60,900 bases of DNA, from contig DATGCJ010000060.1 of assembly GCA_035312025.1 (NCBI GenBank), positions 1 through 60,900 of the forward strand. Direction: 5' to 3'. The position numbers and the translations under genes are program-made. Positions 57,103 through 60,900 of the stretch are shown one piece after another (position 1 is the first letter of the stretch; every line of letters starts with the position of its first letter). Source of the stretch: Halanaerobiales bacterium (GTDB lineage: Bacteria; Bacillota; Halanaerobiia; Halanaerobiales; M55B127). The notes under the pieces were generated by a model, which searched no databases, was not told where the DNA came from, and worked only from the letters and a program-made list of their open reading frames with translations.

Positions 57103-58278
57103 TTATACTTTATTTTTAATAATTTCTACTTTATCTAACTCTTCCCAGGGAAGTTCTAAATCCAATCTACCAAAATGACCATAATTTGTGATCTGGCTGT
57201 AGATTGGTCTCATTAAATCAAATTTATCAATTATGCCGCCCGGAGTTAAAACAAAATTGTCCTTAATGACCTTAACTAGTCTATCTTCACTTACTTTGGA
57301 AGTATTAAATGTCTCCACCATCACAGATAAAGGATGGGCTACTCCGATAGCATAAGAGAGTTGTACTTCACATTTTTCAGCTAAACCGGCTGCCACAATA
57401 TTTTTAGCTATATAACGGGCAGCATAGGAAGCAGATCTATCCACTTTGGTGGGATCTTTACCTGAAAAAGCACCGCCACCATGACGGGCAGTACCACCAT
57501 AAGTATCAACAATTATCTTACGTCCAGTTAAACCTGCATCACCATGTGGTCCACCGATTACAAATCTACCGGTCGGATTTATCAATATCTCAGTTTGTTT
57601 ATCCAGCATATCAGCCGGAATTATCTTTTTAATCACAAATTCACAGAGATCTCTTTTTATGGTCTCCTGAGCTACTTCCGGATGGTGTTGGGCTGAGATT
57701 AATACTTTATCAACCCTTTTCGGTTTATCATCTTCATACTCTATAGTGACCTGGGTTTTACCATCAGGTCTTAAGTAATCAACTATATCTTTTTTCCGAA
57801 CTAAGGCTAAGCGTTGGGCTAATTTATGGGCCAGGGTGATTGGTAAAGGCATATATTCTTCGGTTTCATTTGTTGCATATCCGTACATGATGCCCTGGTC
57901 ACCGGCCCCAATCTGTTCCTCGTCTCTACCTTCTTTGGACTCAATAGAATGGTTGACCCCTAAAGCAATATCAGCGGACTGCTCTTTAATAGAAGTAATC
58001 ACACCACAGGTCTCTCCATCAAAACCATATTTTGCTCTATCATAACCGATATCCATGATTGTCTGTCTGGTTATATCGGTAACATCTACATAACAATCTG
58101 TTGTTATCTCACCGGAAATAAAGGCCAGGCCTGTTGTTACAAAGGTTTCACAGGCGACCCTTGCATCCTTGTCGTTCTTTAAGATTTCGTCTAAAATACT
58201 ATCAGATATCTTATCTGCTACTTTGTCGGGATGACCTTCAGTTACAGATTCTGAAGTCATCAAGTAATTTTTTGCCAT
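57103..58278 (-). CDS. metK: S-adenosylmethionine synthase
   Basis: Has [38 protein letters not shown] and related motifs. Length is 391 aa. Confidence 0.97.
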   Translation of the reverse strand: MAKNYLMTSESVTEGHPDKVADKISDSILDEILKNDKDARVACETFVTTGLAFISGEITTDCYVDVTDITRQTIMDIGYDRAKYGFDGETCGVITSIKEQSADIALGVNHSIESKEGRDEEQIGAGDQGIMYGYATNETEEYMPLPITLAHKLAQRLALVRKKDIVDYLRPDGKTQVTIEYEDDKPKRVDKVLISAQHHPEVAQETIKRDLCEFVIKKIIPADMLDKQTEILINPTGRFVIGGPHGDAGLTGRKIIVDTYGGTARHGGGAFSGKDPTKVDRSASYAARYIAKNIVAAGLAEKCEVQLSYAIGVAHPLSVMVETFNTSKVSEDRLVKVIKDNFVLTPGGIIDKFDLMRPIYSQITNYGHFGRLDLELPWEELDKVEIIKNKV

Positions 58279-58314
58279 TATACCACCTTCATTTATATAT
58301 TTATTAATACTTAA

Positions 58315-58343
58315 AGTTTAGCACATAGATAAAACTGTGTCAA
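58315..58343 (-). promoter_or_regulatory. sigma-A promoter for metK
   Basis: The minus strand has TTGACA (58343-58338), a 17-nt spacer ending in TGC (extended -10-like) and TAAACT (58320-58315), about 36 nt upstream of the ATG. Confidence 0.5.
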
Positions 58344-58348
58344 TTAAG

Positions 58349-59695
58349 CTAAGAGCCTGAAATATCCAAACTTTTTATCAAAACTGAAGCCGAACCAATA
58401 TGTCCACTACTGGGTAGACCCATTTTGAAGTCATCACCAATAAGTTTTATATCTTTTAACAACTGTAAAAAGTTACCAGATATTGTGATCTGTTCAACCG
58501 GTTTATCAATATTACCGTCTTGTACATAAAAACCGCGGGCTGAAAGGGAAAAATCACCTGAAACCTGGTTTGCACCTGAGTGCAGTCCCTGTACATCCTC
58601 AATAACTAAGCCTTCTTTCATTTCTTTTAATAGTTGTTTAAAAGTATATTCCCCTTTTTGTAAGTACATATTGGTGGGAGAAATACTTATCTTGCTTTTA
58701 TGAGAGGAGCGGTAGGCATTACCGGTTGTTTCCGTATTACTTTTTTTAGCAGTTTTTAAATTATGGAGATAGGTGGTAAGTTCACCATCTTTTATAACCT
58801 CTTTATATTTCGCTGCCGCTCCCTCTGAATCAAAGGGGGTCCTTCTATACCCTTTTTCATAAAAGGGATCATCAACTATATTAACCTTAGCTGCTGCCAC
58901 CTTTTCTCCTAATTTATCTTTAAATAGTGATAGCCCTTTTTGTACATTTTCGGCTGAGAAAGTTGAACTGAAAGTTGATAAAATATCAATAAAAACTTCA
59001 TTTCTTAGAATTATAGGGTAGGAGCCCGATTTTACTGTTTCGGCTCCAAACTGACTTACGGCATCCTTCACTACTTTTTGAGCAAATTTATCCGGATCAA
59101 CTTCCTTGATGTCTCTGAATAACTTATAATGGGTAGAAGTGTGAACCTCGCCTTTTTCTTCCGCTATTATAGAAATATAGATATAGGCGATATCATTTTC
59201 ATAAGTTAGCTCTAAATCTTTATTATTTAAAATATGTTCCCCGGTCTTTTCATCCGCATAAATACAGTAGTTGATATTCCTTATCCTGTCATCTAAATCA
59301 TATATCTTTTTTTCTATAGTTTTTAAAAGTTCAATCTTCTTTTCTCTATCAAACTCATAGATGCCCGTTAAAGCCGGTAACTCTTTATACTTTTTATCAC
59401 CAGCAAAGATCTCTTCTTCCTCTTCATCCATTATTTCAGCATTACTCTTAGCATTTTTTAAAACTGTATCTATTATTGATTGATCTATTCGTTCTGTATA
59501 GGAATAACCCATTTTATCCTGATATTCGCCTCTAAAAGCTACCCCATACTCTTCATTTTCTTCATAATAATCAACTTCACCTTTATATAATCTAAATTCG
59601 AAGTTTTCGGATTTATTTAAATATATCTCACTATTATCAAATTCATTTTGCTCTGCTCTTTTTAAAATTTCTTTCATAAATATATTTAATTCCAT
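58349..59695 (-). CDS. pmbA: PmbA/TldE family metalloprotease component
   Basis: 448 aa and collinear with TldD/PmbA-family proteins (GSYPIIL, GNAYR, GANQVSGDFS). It is translationally coupled to the upstream tldD. Confidence 0.85.
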   Translation of the reverse strand: MELNIFMKEILKRAEQNEFDNSEIYLNKSENFEFRLYKGEVDYYEENEEYGVAFRGEYQDKMGYSYTERIDQSIIDTVLKNAKSNAEIMDEEEEEIFAGDKKYKELPALTGIYEFDREKKIELLKTIEKKIYDLDDRIRNINYCIYADEKTGEHILNNKDLELTYENDIAYIYISIIAEEKGEVHTSTHYKLFRDIKEVDPDKFAQKVVKDAVSQFGAETVKSGSYPIILRNEVFIDILSTFSSTFSAENVQKGLSLFKDKLGEKVAAAKVNIVDDPFYEKGYRRTPFDSEGAAAKYKEVIKDGELTTYLHNLKTAKKSNTETTGNAYRSSHKSKISISPTNMYLQKGEYTFKQLLKEMKEGLVIEDVQGLHSGANQVSGDFSLSARGFYVQDGNIDKPVEQITISGNFLQLLKDIKLIGDDFKMGLPSSGHIGSASVLIKSLDISGS

Positions 59696-60900
59696 TACTC
59701 ATTTCCACCTCTTCCCCCAACGGTTAATTCCGAAACTCTGATAGTCGGCTGGCCGACACCGGCCGGTACACTACCACTTAAGGAACCACACATACCTTCT
59801 GCTAAATCTAAATTATTGCCAACTAGATCTATCTTTTTTAAGATATCGGCCCCTTTTCCAATTAGGGTTGCACCACGTACCGGTTTTTCAATAGAGCCAT
59901 CTTTTACGATATAACCTTCTCTCACATTAAAATTAAACTCGCCGGTGGCAGTATTTACAGAACCACCGCCCATATGTTTTGCATAAAGACCATACTCAGT
60001 TTGAGAAATAATATCTTCTAAAGAATGTCCACCATTATCGATAAATGTATTTGTCATCCGGGAAGTGGGTGAATAACGGAATGACTGGCGGCGCCCGGAA
60101 CCGGTCGGTTCCATCTCCAGTCGACGGCCGTTTAAATAATCAATCATATAACCCTTTAAAACTCCCTTTTCAATCAGCACATTACGCTGTGTAGTATGCC
60201 CTTCATCATCAAAGTTTTGGGAACCCCAGGCATTTGGTAAGGTCCCGTCATCAATAGCTGTAACCTTTTCACTGGCAATTTTTTCTCCCAATTTATTAGC
60301 AAAAACCGAATTATTTTTTGCAACTGAGGTTGCTTCTAAGCCGTGTCCACAAGCTTCATGGAATATTACGCCCCCAAATTTATTATCTATGATAACCGGC
60401 ATTTTACCCTGAGGTGCATGACCGGCTTTAATCATTGTTACCGCCATGCGGGCCGCATCTTCGGCCTGTTTTTCTACATTTATTTCATCAAAGAATTCAA
60501 AACCCATATGGCCGCCCGGTCCCAAATAACCGGTCTGTTTTTCATCCTGCAAAGTGGCTACTGCCTGGATACCAAGCCTAACCCTGGTTCTCTCATCTTC
60601 AACAAAGACCCCTTCTGAATTGGCAATCTGAACATTTTGGGTATAATCAGTTAAACCCACTACCACCTGTGTAATTAACTCATCATAACCATCAGCTGCC
60701 CGATAAGCTTTTTTGATAAAATTTACTTTTTCAATTTGATCGACATCGGCCGGCATGATAGTTATGGGATGCAGGTTTTTATAATCAACGTACTTTAAAT
60801 TAATATTATCTTTTTTAGTTTTATCAAACATTGAAGCAGCCTTTTTGGCCAACTTCAGCAAGTTATCTTTTTTATCCTTATTGGTATAAACATATATTTC
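59695..60900 (-). CDS. tldD: TldD family metalloprotease, 5'-truncated by the window edge
   Basis: Has HEACGHGLE (zinc site), GNAWGSQNFDDEG and GMCG..SGSVP motifs. The reading frame stays open from 60861 to 60900 (EIYVYTNKDKKDN precedes the tracked TTG), so the gene starts beyond the window. Confidence 0.9.
   Translation of the reverse strand, partial: EIYVYTNKDKKDNLLKLAKKAASMFDKTKKDNINLKYVDYKNLHPITIMPADVDQIEKVNFIKKAYRAADGYDELITQVVVGLTDYTQNVQIANSEGVFVEDERTRVRLGIQAVATLQDEKQTGYLGPGGHMGFEFFDEINVEKQAEDAARMAVTMIKAGHAPQGKMPVIIDNKFGGVIFHEACGHGLEATSVAKNNSVFANKLGEKIASEKVTAIDDGTLPNAWGSQNFDDEGHTTQRNVLIEKGVLKGYMIDYLNGRRLEMEPTGSGRRQSFRYSPTSRMTNTFIDNGGHSLEDIISQTEYGLYAKHMGGGSVNTATGEFNFNVREGYIVKDGSIEKPVRGATLIGKGADILKKIDLVGNNLDLAEGMCGSLSGSVPAGVGQPTIRVSELTVGGRGGNE

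Noticed and set aside
58279-58348. A possible S-box (SAM-I) riboswitch upstream of metK, as in many Firmicutes.
   Set aside because: Only 70 nt separate metK from the upstream pmbA stop. That space is taken by a TTGACA-17-TAAACT promoter and the SD, so there is no room or conserved core for a riboswitch.
1-60900. A scan for rRNA, tRNA, CRISPR arrays and long repeats.
   Set aside because: No cloverleaf-like GC-rich segments, rRNA-like conserved blocks or regularly spaced repeats were seen. All intergenic gaps are 290 bp or shorter and AT-rich.

Overview
The window is AT-rich, densely coding and almost entirely transcribed on the minus strand. It looks like a low-GC anaerobic Firmicute chromosome (Clostridia/Halanaerobiales-like; the taxon is inference). 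Most of it is conserved housekeeping synteny: ispH'-plsC-cmk, rnc-acpP-fabG, fabF-fabD-fabH-fabK-plsX-rpmF-yceD, ackA-pta, tmcAL, ylbL-coaD-rsmD-recG-degV-yloV-asp23, rpmB, malic enzyme plus split class I fumarase, and thiN-rpe-rsgA-prkC-prpC-rlmN-(Zn peptidase)-fmt-def-priA, then a UPF0104 membrane protein, metK, pmbA and tldD. I found no rRNA, tRNA, CRISPR array, transposase or integrase. The standout is an accessory block of about 19.8 kb (about 5957-25731) that sits inside the fatty-acid synthesis cluster. It encodes a UraA-type uracil permease, a PucR-family regulator, a three-subunit Mo/FAD/2Fe-2S hydroxylase, a cyclase-family amidohydrolase, FdrA + DUF1116 + DUF2877 (an oxamate-carbamoyltransferase-like set), carbamate kinase, a C-N hydrolase, a family III CoA-transferase and a four-subunit biotin-dependent Na+-pumping acyl-CoA decarboxylase. 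Together these fit a coherent route that is, to my knowledge, not a textbook one: anaerobic, ATP- and sodium-motive-force-yielding oxidative degradation of uracil/thymine via barbiturate, ureidomalonate, malonamate, malonate and malonyl-CoA. This is inference from gene content. Secondary observations are a decayed aromatic amino-acid operon (frameshifted aroH, and a 3' remnant of aroA with stops and a frameshift), a P-loop/Asp23 fusion protein next to fabG-acpP, candidate operators and promoters in the island, and an atypical L28.
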